DNA of 32,000 nucleotides from Dickeya solani IPO 2222 (lineage in GTDB: Bacteria; Pseudomonadota; Gammaproteobacteria; Enterobacterales; Enterobacteriaceae): NCBI RefSeq assembly GCF_001644705.1, contig NZ_CP015137.1:4410001-4442000 (forward strand), given 5' to 3'. Every line of letters begins with the position of its first letter. The first letter of the stretch is position 1. Shown here in pieces: positions 20,811 to 27,789 of the stretch. The position numbers and the translations under genes are program-made. A model generated the notes under the pieces. That model saw nothing but the letters and a program-made list of their open reading frames with translations. It was not told the DNA's origin and made no database searches.

Positions 20811-22223
20811 GTGCAGCAGATAGTCCGAACTATCGCTCTGGCGTATAACAGCCTGCCCCGGCCTCACCGCGTGATGCTGGGGTCACTGACTGTCGTCACA
20901 CTGGCCGCCGCAGTCTGGCGGCCAATGACATATCCCCCGGTCAATGACGCACCTGTTATCGTAAAAGACGCGGAAAGCGAAAAAAATCAAACTCGGAGCC
21001 AGGCTCTGAATCCTCCTGCCAGTGAACCCCTGGACAGCAACCCATTACCACCGGTAGCGACTCAGCAGATCGCCGGTTCGGCACCGACGGCGGATGTAAC
21101 CGAAGCCAACAGTGAACCGTTGGATCAGCCATCCACCACCAATGGCATCATTAAAGACGAGCTGGATGACAAAGACGCTGATGACACGCATGAGTATGTG
21201 GTGTCTACCGGCGATACGCTGAGCAGTATTCTGACGCAGTACGGTATTGATATGTCGGATATCGCTGCTCTGGCGGATCGTAATGCGGCGTTGCGGAATC
21301 TGAAGATCGGCCAGCAACTGACCTGGTCGCTGGATAGCGACGGCGCGCTGCAAACGCTGACTTGGCAGGTCTCTCGCCGCGAAACTCGAACTTATACCCG
21401 GAACGGCGATGCGTACCGTGAAGAAATCGAGAACGTGGAAGGGGACTGGCAGAACAAAGTGCTGATCGGTCATCTGGATGGCAGTTTTGCCAGTAGCGCA
21501 CAGGCTGCCGGGTTGACCAGCAGCGAAGTGCGGGAAGTGATTCGTGCGCTGCAATGGCAGTTGGATTTCCGCAAACTGCGTAAAGATGACAGTTTTGCCG
21601 TGCTGATTTCCCGTGAAATACTGGATGGCCGTAGCGAACAAAGTGAGCTGCAGGGCGTTCGGTTGCGTACCGGCGGGAAAAGCTACTACGCGTTCCGTGC
21701 TGAAGACGGCAAATTTTATGACCGCGAAGCTTCCGGTCTGACCCGTGGCTTCCTGCGTTTCCCGACCATGAAGCAGTTCAAGGTATCCTCCAACTTCAAT
21801 CCGCGCCGTCTTAATCCGGTAACCGGTCGTATCGCGCCGCACCGTGGTGTTGATTTCTCCATGCCGGTAGGAACGCCGGTGCTGGCCGTCGGTGATGGCG
21901 AAGTCGTGGTGGCTGAGCGTGACAGTGAAGCCGGTAACTTTGTGGCTGTGCGTCACGGGCGTCAATACACCACCCGTTACATGCATATGAACCGTCTGCT
22001 GGTTAAACCTGGGCAGAAGATCAAGCGTGGCGATCGCATCGGTCTGTCCGGCAATACCGGGCGTTCCACCGGCCCACACTTGCATTATGAATTGTGGGTC
22101 AACCAGCAAGCCGTCAATCCGCTAACAGCGAAACTGCCGCGCTCCGAAGGGCTGATGGGCAAAGAGCGCCGCGATTATCTGGCGCACGTGCGCGAAGTCT
22201 TACCTCAACTGCAACTGGACTGA
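20811..22223 (+). CDS. mepM: Murein DD-endopeptidase MepM (YebA), LysM + M23 peptidase
   Basis: GTG start with GAGGA 9 nt upstream. MQQI.R..ALA.N.LPRPHRVMLGSLTV; LysM segment HEYVVSTGDTLSSIL.QYGIDM; M23 motifs HRGVDF and GPHLHYE. Colinear with E. coli MepM, with a longer low-complexity linker. Confidence 0.97.
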   Translation: MQQIVRTIALAYNSLPRPHRVMLGSLTVVTLAAAVWRPMTYPPVNDAPVIVKDAESEKNQTRSQALNPPASEPLDSNPLPPVATQQIAGSAPTADVTEANSEPLDQPSTTNGIIKDELDDKDADDTHEYVVSTGDTLSSILTQYGIDMSDIAALADRNAALRNLKIGQQLTWSLDSDGALQTLTWQVSRRETRTYTRNGDAYREEIENVEGDWQNKVLIGHLDGSFASSAQAAGLTSSEVREVIRALQWQLDFRKLRKDDSFAVLISREILDGRSEQSELQGVRLRTGGKSYYAFRAEDGKFYDREASGLTRGFLRFPTMKQFKVSSNFNPRRLNPVTGRIAPHRGVDFSMPVGTPVLAVGDGEVVVAERDSEAGNFVAVRHGRQYTTRYMHMNRLLVKPGQKIKRGDRIGLSGNTGRSTGPHLHYELWVNQQAVNPLTAKLPRSEGLMGKERRDYLAHVREVLPQLQLD

Positions 22224-22242
22224 TCACCGTTGCGGATAAGTG

Positions 22243-22277
22243 ACAGCCGGCAGTTTGCGCTGCCGGCTGTTTTTTTA
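22243..22277 (+). terminator. Rho-independent terminator after mepM
   Basis: ACAGCCGGCAG-TTTGCG-CTGCCGGCTGT followed by T7-8. Confidence 0.9.
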
Positions 22278-22371
22278 TGTCGCACGGGGAATATCAGACC
22301 AGTGCGTGTTCAATTGCAAAACGTCGGGTAGCTATTATCATTAACTCGATTTTGTAATGAAGAGTGGTTGC

Positions 22372-23358
22372 ATGGAACAAGAGAAAAAAGAGAAGAAAAC
22401 CAACGCTGAGTTCATCCCGCAGTTTACGCCCGCCTTCTTTCATCCGCGCTACTGGGCGCTCTGGCTGGCTGTGGGAGTGACAGCGCTGATTGCCTGTATC
22501 CCGGCCCGCTTGCGCGACCCGATACTGGGCGCGTTAGGCCGACTGGTAGGGCGGTTTTCCAAAGGCGCGAGACGGCGTGCCCGTATCAATTTGCTGTTGT
22601 GTATGCCGCAACTGTCGGAGACCGAACGTGAGCATATCATCGATCAGATGTTTGCGACGGCGCCGCAGGCGATGCTGATGATGGTGGAACTGGCGATATT
22701 GCCCGCCGGGCGGGCTGAGCGTCGCGTCCACTGGCATGGCATGGAGATTGTCGATGCGTTGCGGGAACAGCAGCGTAACGTGATTTTCATGGTGCCGCAC
22801 GGCTGGGCAGTGGACTTGCCCGCCATGCTGATGAGCCTGCGCGGTCAGAAAATGGCCGCCATGATACACAATCAGAAAAACCCGTTGCAGGATTATCTGT
22901 GGAATACCCTGCGTCGCCGTTTTGGCGGACGTCTGCATACCCGTAATGATGGTATCAAGCCTTTTATCAGCTCAGTGCGTGAAGGCTACTGGGGCTATTA
23001 TTTGCCGGATCAGGATCATGGTGCCGAACATAGCGAGTTCGTCGATTTTTTTGCGACCTACAAAGCCACGTTGCCCGCTGTCGGCCGCTTGATGAAGGTA
23101 TGCCGTGCTGAAATCGTGCCGTTGTTTCCGGTGTATGATGGCAAAACCTCCCGGTTGGATGTCTATATTCGCCCGCCGATGAGCGATATTAATGGCGCTG
23201 ACGATCACACGATTGCCCGCCGTATGAACGAAGAGGTTGAGCTTTTGGTTACGCCTAACCCGGAACAGTACACCTGGATTTTGAAACTGTTGAAAACCCG
23301 TAAACCGGGGGAAACCGAACCCTATCTGCGTAAAGACCTGTACCCGCGCAAAAAATAG
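22372..23358 (+). CDS. lpxM: Lipid A biosynthesis myristoyltransferase LpxM (MsbB)
   Basis: From the ATG at 22372: MEQEKKEKKTNAEFIPQF...FHPRYW; HX4D acyltransferase motif PHGWAVD; GYWGYYLPDQDHG.EHSEFVDFFATYKATLPA.GRLMKVCRA. Colinear with E. coli LpxM. Confidence 0.96.
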   Translation: MEQEKKEKKTNAEFIPQFTPAFFHPRYWALWLAVGVTALIACIPARLRDPILGALGRLVGRFSKGARRRARINLLLCMPQLSETEREHIIDQMFATAPQAMLMMVELAILPAGRAERRVHWHGMEIVDALREQQRNVIFMVPHGWAVDLPAMLMSLRGQKMAAMIHNQKNPLQDYLWNTLRRRFGGRLHTRNDGIKPFISSVREGYWGYYLPDQDHGAEHSEFVDFFATYKATLPAVGRLMKVCRAEIVPLFPVYDGKTSRLDVYIRPPMSDINGADDHTIARRMNEEVELLVTPNPEQYTWILKLLKTRKPGETEPYLRKDLYPRKK

Positions 23359-23395
23359 GGAACCGCAAGGCGGTCGCATCAGTAAAACAACACAG

Positions 23396-23422
23396 GCGGA
23401 ACTGGCGTTCCGCTTTTTTTTT
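23396..23422 (+). terminator. Rho-independent terminator after lpxM
   Basis: GCGGAAC-TGGC-GTTCCGC followed by T9. Confidence 0.88.
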
Positions 23423-23786
23423 GCCTGCATCTGGTACTCAGATGAGTCCGGTACAGTCTGCTGTAGTGTTTATATGATTGAATAATCAATCCGTTATTTA
23501 ATCAAACGCGACTAGTCCGTTGTCGAGAATACATAATCTGTAACAGTTAACCCTTATTTCATTTTATACGTGTCGGAACTTATAAAAAACTTTAAAAATA
23601 GCGTTGTTTGCCCCCAATCTTTTCTCGGAGTATTCCATATTCTTTTTATTATTGCTTTTGATTTAATAGCCCCCGAGGTCACTGCATGTATGACTTCAAC
23701 CGTTAGCCACTGTAAATACTGCGGGATAATTTATCCGCCTATTTAATTCAGGCTAATAAAAGAATCTCTGCTAAAGGATTTTTATC

Positions 23787-24218
23787 ATGAATCTGAAACC
23801 ACTGTTTTTAGGCGTGTTACTGGCAACAACCTATGCAACTGCCAACGCAGCGACCACCACGGTGGAAAAAAGCGCAACTGACGCCACGGCAACCAGTGCG
23901 GTACCGGCATCCGCCGAATCTGCACTGAGCAAGGCGGTGGATAAAGCGAATACTGACGCTGCAGTCAAGGCTGAACGTGACGTTTCAGCGGTGAAAGCGA
24001 ATGTCGGCGGAGAGAACGTGGTGAAGGCCGAAAAAGTCGCTGCTGAAACTGCCGTGAAAGGTGAAGAGAAATCGGCGAAAAAGGTGGTGAAGAAACACCA
24101 TGCTGACAGCACCAGTACAAAGGGAAAGACCAAAGCCAGCACCGGGGAAAAAACGGACGATACGAAAAGCAGCAATAGCGGTACCCAGGAAACTCGTCCG
24201 CCAGTCAACGTACAATAA
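23787..24218 (+). CDS. Secreted low-complexity Ala/Lys/Thr/Glu-rich protein, predicted intrinsically disordered (compositionally Asr-like)
   Basis: AAAGGA SD lies 9 nt before the ATG. Sec signal peptide MNLKPLFLGVLLATTYATANA|ATTT. The mature part has no hydrophobic core and contains reiterated VKAE/AVKA/KK segments and a KKHH motif. It is flanked by AT-rich DNA. Confidence 0.6.
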   Translation: MNLKPLFLGVLLATTYATANAATTTVEKSATDATATSAVPASAESALSKAVDKANTDAAVKAERDVSAVKANVGGENVVKAEKVAAETAVKGEEKSAKKVVKKHHADSTSTKGKTKASTGEKTDDTKSSNSGTQETRPPVNVQ

Positions 24219-24278
24219 GATAAACATCGCGCGATAATAAAAGGATTAGTAGTATTCGTGCCGATGGTAATAATTAAT

Positions 24279-24338
24279 CCGGTCAGGAAATAACAAAGTG
24301 GGTTATTGCGAAATAACTAAAAGGTTATTCCTGGCCGG
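24279..24338. repeat. 60-nt nested inverted-repeat element between the two islet genes (outer 15-bp stem, inner hairpin; four alternating GAAATAAC / GGTTATT copies)
   Basis: CCGGTCAGGAAATAAC (24279-24294) pairs with GGTTATTCCTGGCCGG (24323-24338) with one bulge. The inner hairpin is GTTATT-GCGA-AATAAC (24302-24317). The same motifs can alternatively fold as two tandem 7-bp hairpins. No U-tract follows. Confidence 0.7.
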
Positions 24339-24380
24339 GACGTATGACGGGTATATTCCTTTGGAGGAAGGTTAAGTTTT

Positions 24381-24785
24381 ATGAATAAACCACTTTTATG
24401 TCTTGCGTTACTGACTGCTCACATCCCTTTTTCCCAGGCTGACAGCTGCCGGGCCAATTTGTCCGGTGGACAGGACTGCCGTTATAACGATGGCTCGACA
24501 TCCACCAGCCGCGCCAATTTATTGGGTGGACTCGATACCCGCTACAGCAATGGGCGGACCAGCACCAGCCGGGCTAACCTGTCTGGCGGTTATGACACCC
24601 ACTTTAGCGACGGCACCCACAGCACCAGCCGCGCGAATCTGTTCGGTGGGCTGGATACCCGCTACAGCGATGGCAACGCCAGCGCCAGCCGTGCCAACCT
24701 TTCCGGCGGTTATGACGTTGATTATAGCGACGGCAAATCCAGTTCCAGCCGGGCTAATCTGTCTGGCGGGCTGGATAGCCAATAG
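24381..24785 (+). CDS. Secreted tandem-repeat protein (134 aa; signal peptide + 5.5 x 20-aa repeats), family unknown
   Basis: GGAGG/AAGG lies upstream of the ATG. Signal peptide MNKPLLCLALLTAHIPFSQA|DS. The six units share the consensus R-A-N-L-x-G-G-x-D-x-x-Y/F-S/N-D/N-G-x-x-S-x-S. Conserved residues are encoded by differing synonymous codons (Leu TTG/TTA/CTG/CTT; Arg CGG/CGC/CGT; Ala GCC/GCT/GCG), which supports this frame. A shared terminator lies downstream. Confidence 0.75.
   Translation: MNKPLLCLALLTAHIPFSQADSCRANLSGGQDCRYNDGSTSTSRANLLGGLDTRYSNGRTSTSRANLSGGYDTHFSDGTHSTSRANLFGGLDTRYSDGNASASRANLSGGYDVDYSDGKSSSSRANLSGGLDSQ
24450..24782 (+). repeat. 60-nt coding tandem repeat array (5 full units + an 11-codon partial unit) with a 120-nt higher-order alternation
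   Basis: Unit boundaries are 24450, 24510, 24570, 24630, 24690 and 24750. Units 2 and 4 (GGLDTRYS.G) resemble each other, as do units 3 and 5 (SGGYD...SDG), more than they resemble their neighbours. Confidence 0.9.
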
Positions 24786-24847
24786 GCGGATCATTCGTGG
24801 AAGGTAGGGGATGACGACCCCAGAGCAAGATATGCGATAACAAAAAC

Positions 24848-24878
24848 AAAGCGGGGCGATAATCGCGCCCCGCTTTTT
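24848..24878. terminator. Bidirectional rho-independent terminator shared by the repeat-protein gene (+) and pykA (-)
   Basis: AAA-GCGGGGCG-ATAATCG-CGCCCCGC-TTTTT. The GC-rich 8-bp stem has A-rich sequence upstream and a T5 run downstream. Confidence 0.85.
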
Positions 24879-24927
24879 AGCTGAATGAACCTTCGTCGAA
24901 CGTTGTGGTACCGCTATGGCTACGCGA

Positions 24928-26370
24928 TTATTCCACCCGCAGTACACGCACCGTATTGGTGGTGCCGACCGTTCCCATCACGTCACCCTGAGTCACGATA
25001 ACCAGGTCGCCGGACATCAGGAAACCCTTGTCGCGCAGCAGGATCACGGCGTCGTTAGCCGCAGCTACGCCGTCAGTGTAGCTGGAGAACTGCACCGGCG
25101 TGACGCCACGATAAAGCGCGGTCAGATTCAACGTATGCTCGTGACGAGACATGGCGAAAATCGGCAGACCGGAACTGATACGGGACATCATCAGCGCGGT
25201 GCGGCCGGATTCGGTCATGGCGATAATCGCGGTAACGCCGTTGAGGTGGTTGGCCGCGTACATAGCGGACATGGCGATCGACTCTTCCACGTTGTCGAAC
25301 TGCACATCAAGGCGGTGTTTGGATACGTTGATGCTGGGGATCTTTTCCGCACCCAGACAGACTTTCGCCATGGCCGCAACGGTTTCCGCCGGATACTGGC
25401 CGGCAGCGGTTTCCGCCGAAAGCATCACCGCATCGGTGCCGTCCAGCACGGCGTTGGCGACATCCATCACTTCGGCGCGGGTCGGCATTGGGTTGGTGAT
25501 CATCGACTCCATCATCTGCGTAGCGGTAATGACCGCACGGTTCAGTTGGCGAGCGCGTCGAATCAGTTTTTTCTGGATACCCACTAGTTCCGGATCGCCG
25601 ATTTCCACGCCCAGATCGCCACGAGCGACCATGACGATATCGGAGGCAAGAATGATGTCGTCCATGGCTTCATCGGTTGACACCGCTTCTGCACGTTCCA
25701 CTTTGGAGACGATTTTGGCGTTGCTACCGGCTTCGCGCGCCAGGCGGCGAGCATAGTGCAGGTCTTCACCGGTACGCGGGAATGACACCGCCAGAAAATC
25801 CACGCCGATCTTAGCCGCGGTAATGATGTCGGCCTTGTCTTTTTCGGTCAGCGCTTCGGCGGACAGACCACCACCCAGTTTGTTGATGCCTTTGTTGTTG
25901 GACAGCGGGCCGCCGACGGTGACTTCGGTGAACACTTTCATGTCGCCCACGGTCAGGACTTTCAACTGCACACGGCCATCATCCAGCAGCAGAATGTCAC
26001 CGGGAACCACATCGTTGGGCAATCCTTTATAGTCGATACCGACTTTTTCCTTGTCGCCTTCGCCTTTACCAAGGTTGGCGTCCAGCAGGAACTTGTCACC
26101 CACGTTGAGGAAAATTTTCCCTTCTTTGAAGGTGGATACACGGATTTTGGGGCCCTGGAGGTCGCCCAGAATAGCAACATGACGGCCAAGTTTAGCCGAA
26201 ATTTCGCGAACTTTGTTGGCGCGCAGAAGATGATCTTCCGGCGAGCCGTGAGAAAAGTTCAGGCGGACTACGTTTGCGCCTGCGGCAATAACCTTTTCCA
26301 GATTATTGTCGCGGTCTGTAGCCGGTCCCAGCGTGGTAACGATTTTGGTTCTTCTGAGCCGTCTGGACAT
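24928..26370 (-). CDS. pykA: Pyruvate kinase II (PykA)
   Basis: From the ATG at 26370, [46 protein letters not shown]... (480 aa) is essentially colinear with E. coli PykA. The track start at 26538 adds 56 non-conserved residues. Confidence 0.98.
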   Translation of the reverse strand: MSRRLRRTKIVTTLGPATDRDNNLEKVIAAGANVVRLNFSHGSPEDHLLRANKVREISAKLGRHVAILGDLQGPKIRVSTFKEGKIFLNVGDKFLLDANLGKGEGDKEKVGIDYKGLPNDVVPGDILLLDDGRVQLKVLTVGDMKVFTEVTVGGPLSNNKGINKLGGGLSAEALTEKDKADIITAAKIGVDFLAVSFPRTGEDLHYARRLAREAGSNAKIVSKVERAEAVSTDEAMDDIILASDIVMVARGDLGVEIGDPELVGIQKKLIRRARQLNRAVITATQMMESMITNPMPTRAEVMDVANAVLDGTDAVMLSAETAAGQYPAETVAAMAKVCLGAEKIPSINVSKHRLDVQFDNVEESIAMSAMYAANHLNGVTAIIAMTESGRTALMMSRISSGLPIFAMSRHEHTLNLTALYRGVTPVQFSSYTDGVAAANDAVILLRDKGFLMSGDLVIVTQGDVMGTVGTTNTVRVLRVE

Positions 26371-26524
26371 GTATAACTCCGTTGACTGGTGAAGCTTGTT
26401 GTAATGTGGTAATGCCGTCAGTATCAGTAGAGGACATAACATGGATGCCGTCTCTGTCGCTCTGCACTGTCCGGATGTCGTGCCTGTAATTATGATTGAG
26501 CGACAGGATTTCTTCCCGCGGGCA

Positions 26525-27424
26525 TCACCCCTTGCCACCCGATGTTATAACATAATTAGTTAACGGGTTGCTGAATCGTTCTTCCTTATCAAATCTCGAT
26601 TCGCGCAATGCTTCTTTGACCCGCTTCAAGTTATCGCGGAATTTTGCGCCGCGCCGCAGGGTAAAACCGGTGGCTAACACATCAATCAGCGTTAGCTGGG
26701 CGATGCGCGACACCATCGGCATGTAGACATCGGTATCTTCCGGCACTTCGACCCGCAGCGTAAGCGAGGCTTCCCGCGAAAGAGGGGAGCCGTCCGACGT
26801 AATGGCGATAACGGTGGCGTCGTTTTCTCGCGCCAGCCGCGCCATATCCACCAGGCTTTTGGTGCGCCCGGTGTGCGAAATCAACACCACGACGTCGCCT
26901 TCGCCGGAGTTCATGCAGCTCATACGCTGCATGACCAGGTCATCAAAGTAAACCACCGGAATATTGAAACGAAAAAATTTGTTCATCGCATCGTGGGCTA
27001 CCGCCGCCGAGGCGCCGAAGCCGAAGAAGGAAATCTTGCGCGCCTGGGTGAGCAAATCCACCGCACGGTTGATAGCCTGAATGTCCAGGCAGGATTTCAC
27101 ATGCTCCAGCCCGGCCATGGTGGACTCAAAGATTTTACTGGTGTAAGACTCCACCGAATCGTCTTCTTCCACGTTACGGTTCACATAAGGCGTACCATTG
27201 GCCAGACTCTGCGCCAGATGCAGTTTAAAATCGGGGAAGCCTTTGGTATCCAACCGGCGGCAGAAGCGGTTGACCGTGGGTTCACTGACCTCGGCCATGC
27301 CGGCGAGGGTGGCGATACTGGAGTGGATGGCTGTCTGGGGCGACGCGAGAATGACTTCCGCCACTTTTCGTTCCGACTTGCTCAACAGCTCCAGATGACC
27401 CTGGATTTTTTCCAGCATATTCAT
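26525..27424 (-). CDS. hexR: RpiR-family transcriptional regulator HexR
   Basis: From the ATG at 27424: [33 protein letters not shown] (HTH) plus a SIS domain ([21 protein letters not shown]). Colinear with E. coli HexR/YebK. Divergent from zwf. Confidence 0.96.
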   Translation of the reverse strand: MNMLEKIQGHLELLSKSERKVAEVILASPQTAIHSSIATLAGMAEVSEPTVNRFCRRLDTKGFPDFKLHLAQSLANGTPYVNRNVEEDDSVESYTSKIFESTMAGLEHVKSCLDIQAINRAVDLLTQARKISFFGFGASAAVAHDAMNKFFRFNIPVVYFDDLVMQRMSCMNSGEGDVVVLISHTGRTKSLVDMARLARENDATVIAITSDGSPLSREASLTLRVEVPEDTDVYMPMVSRIAQLTLIDVLATGFTLRRGAKFRDNLKRVKEALRESRFDKEERFSNPLTNYVITSGGKG

Positions 27425-27738
27425 ATGACAATGACCATCTATGGTATTTTGGATTTCAGCCAAAGGTGAAACCGATGCGGATTTTGTGAAATATACTACG
27501 AGCCCGTAACGGTTGGCAGAGGTCGACACAACAAGTCATCGGCTTTTTTTGTCAGAATATGACGTGTGTCTAACTTTCAGAATAGTAACTGGCTGTCAGA
27601 AACGATGAAAAATTTCTCTTTTAGGCAGATGCCAGACTCGTTTTCTCCATCGGCACAATAGGTTCGGAGGCCTTGTGGTATCAGAATCAGCCGATAATGT
27701 GCTTTTCTTACGGGTTTACTGGTTTGTGTCAAAAAGAG

Positions 27739-27764
27739 TACATTATTAATGTAATAAAATTACA
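27739..27764. promoter_or_regulatory. HexR operator(s): overlapping palindromes TACATTATTAATGTA and TGTAATAAAATTACA upstream of zwf
   Basis: TGTAATAAAATTACA (27750-27764) matches the gammaproteobacterial HexR consensus TGTAAT-N3-ATTACA as I recall it. It lies 26-40 nt upstream of the zwf ATG. A second perfect palindrome (27739-27753) overlaps it. Confidence 0.8.
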
Positions 27765-27789
27765 GCGTCCTGCAATGAGGAGATTGAAA

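Noticed and set aside
23530-23545. TACATAATCTGTAACA upstream of the Asr-like gene as an RstA box (TACATNTNGTTACA, which controls E. coli asr), and possible Pho boxes.
   Set aside because: The half-site spacing is 2 nt too long, the second half is GTAACA rather than GTTACA, and the site lies about 240 nt from the ATG. I found no CTGTCAT-type Pho box. The match is too weak to call.
23831-24227. Antisense ORFs (125 aa and 80 aa) opposite the low-complexity secreted protein gene.
   Set aside because: They are a by-product of the GCN/AAR/ACN-rich low-complexity coding sequence. They have no SD, and the plus-strand frame has a canonical signal peptide and RBS.
24450-24782. Whether the regular repeats here, or at 31449-31497, could be a CRISPR array.
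   Set aside because: The 60-nt units are contiguous, with no unique spacers, and are in-frame coding sequence. The purT-leader repeats are only 3 x 16-17 nt. No cas genes or leader are present.
23423-24927. Whether the accessory insertions (4.9-5.5 kb, 7.0-7.7 kb, 14.8-16.3 kb, 23.4-24.9 kb) are mobile genetic elements or genomic islands.
   Set aside because: I could find no integrase, transposase or recombinase ORFs, no tRNA or tmRNA attachment sites, no terminal inverted repeats, and no flanking direct repeats. They look like small lineage-specific indels in a conserved backbone.
24466-24947. Alternative ORFs across the tandem-repeat gene: 24466-24807 (+, 113 aa) and 24519-24947 (-, 142 aa).
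   Set aside because: They stay open only because a 60-nt repeat lacking stops in one unit lacks them in all units. The 24381 frame alone has an SD, a signal peptide, a conserved repeat consensus with synonymous-codon variation, and a stop just before the terminator. The minus-strand ORF would also run through the bidirectional terminator.
26485-26499. TGTAATTATGATTGA upstream of pykA as a HexR operator.
   Set aside because: Only the left half-site matches the TGTAAT-N3-ATTACA palindrome and the right half is unrelated. I kept it only as a comparison note in the HexR finding.
26371-26538. 5' over-extended starts in the ORF track: pykA 26538, hexR 27529, zwf 27673, znuC 19790, yecE 11051, cutC 6230, nudB 12980, eda 29385, cmoA 9441, lpxM 22357, yecM 5466, znuA 19767.
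   Set aside because: In each case the conserved N-terminus known from E. coli orthologues begins at an internal ATG with a better SD. The extensions run through operators (Zur box, HexR box) or into neighbouring genes.
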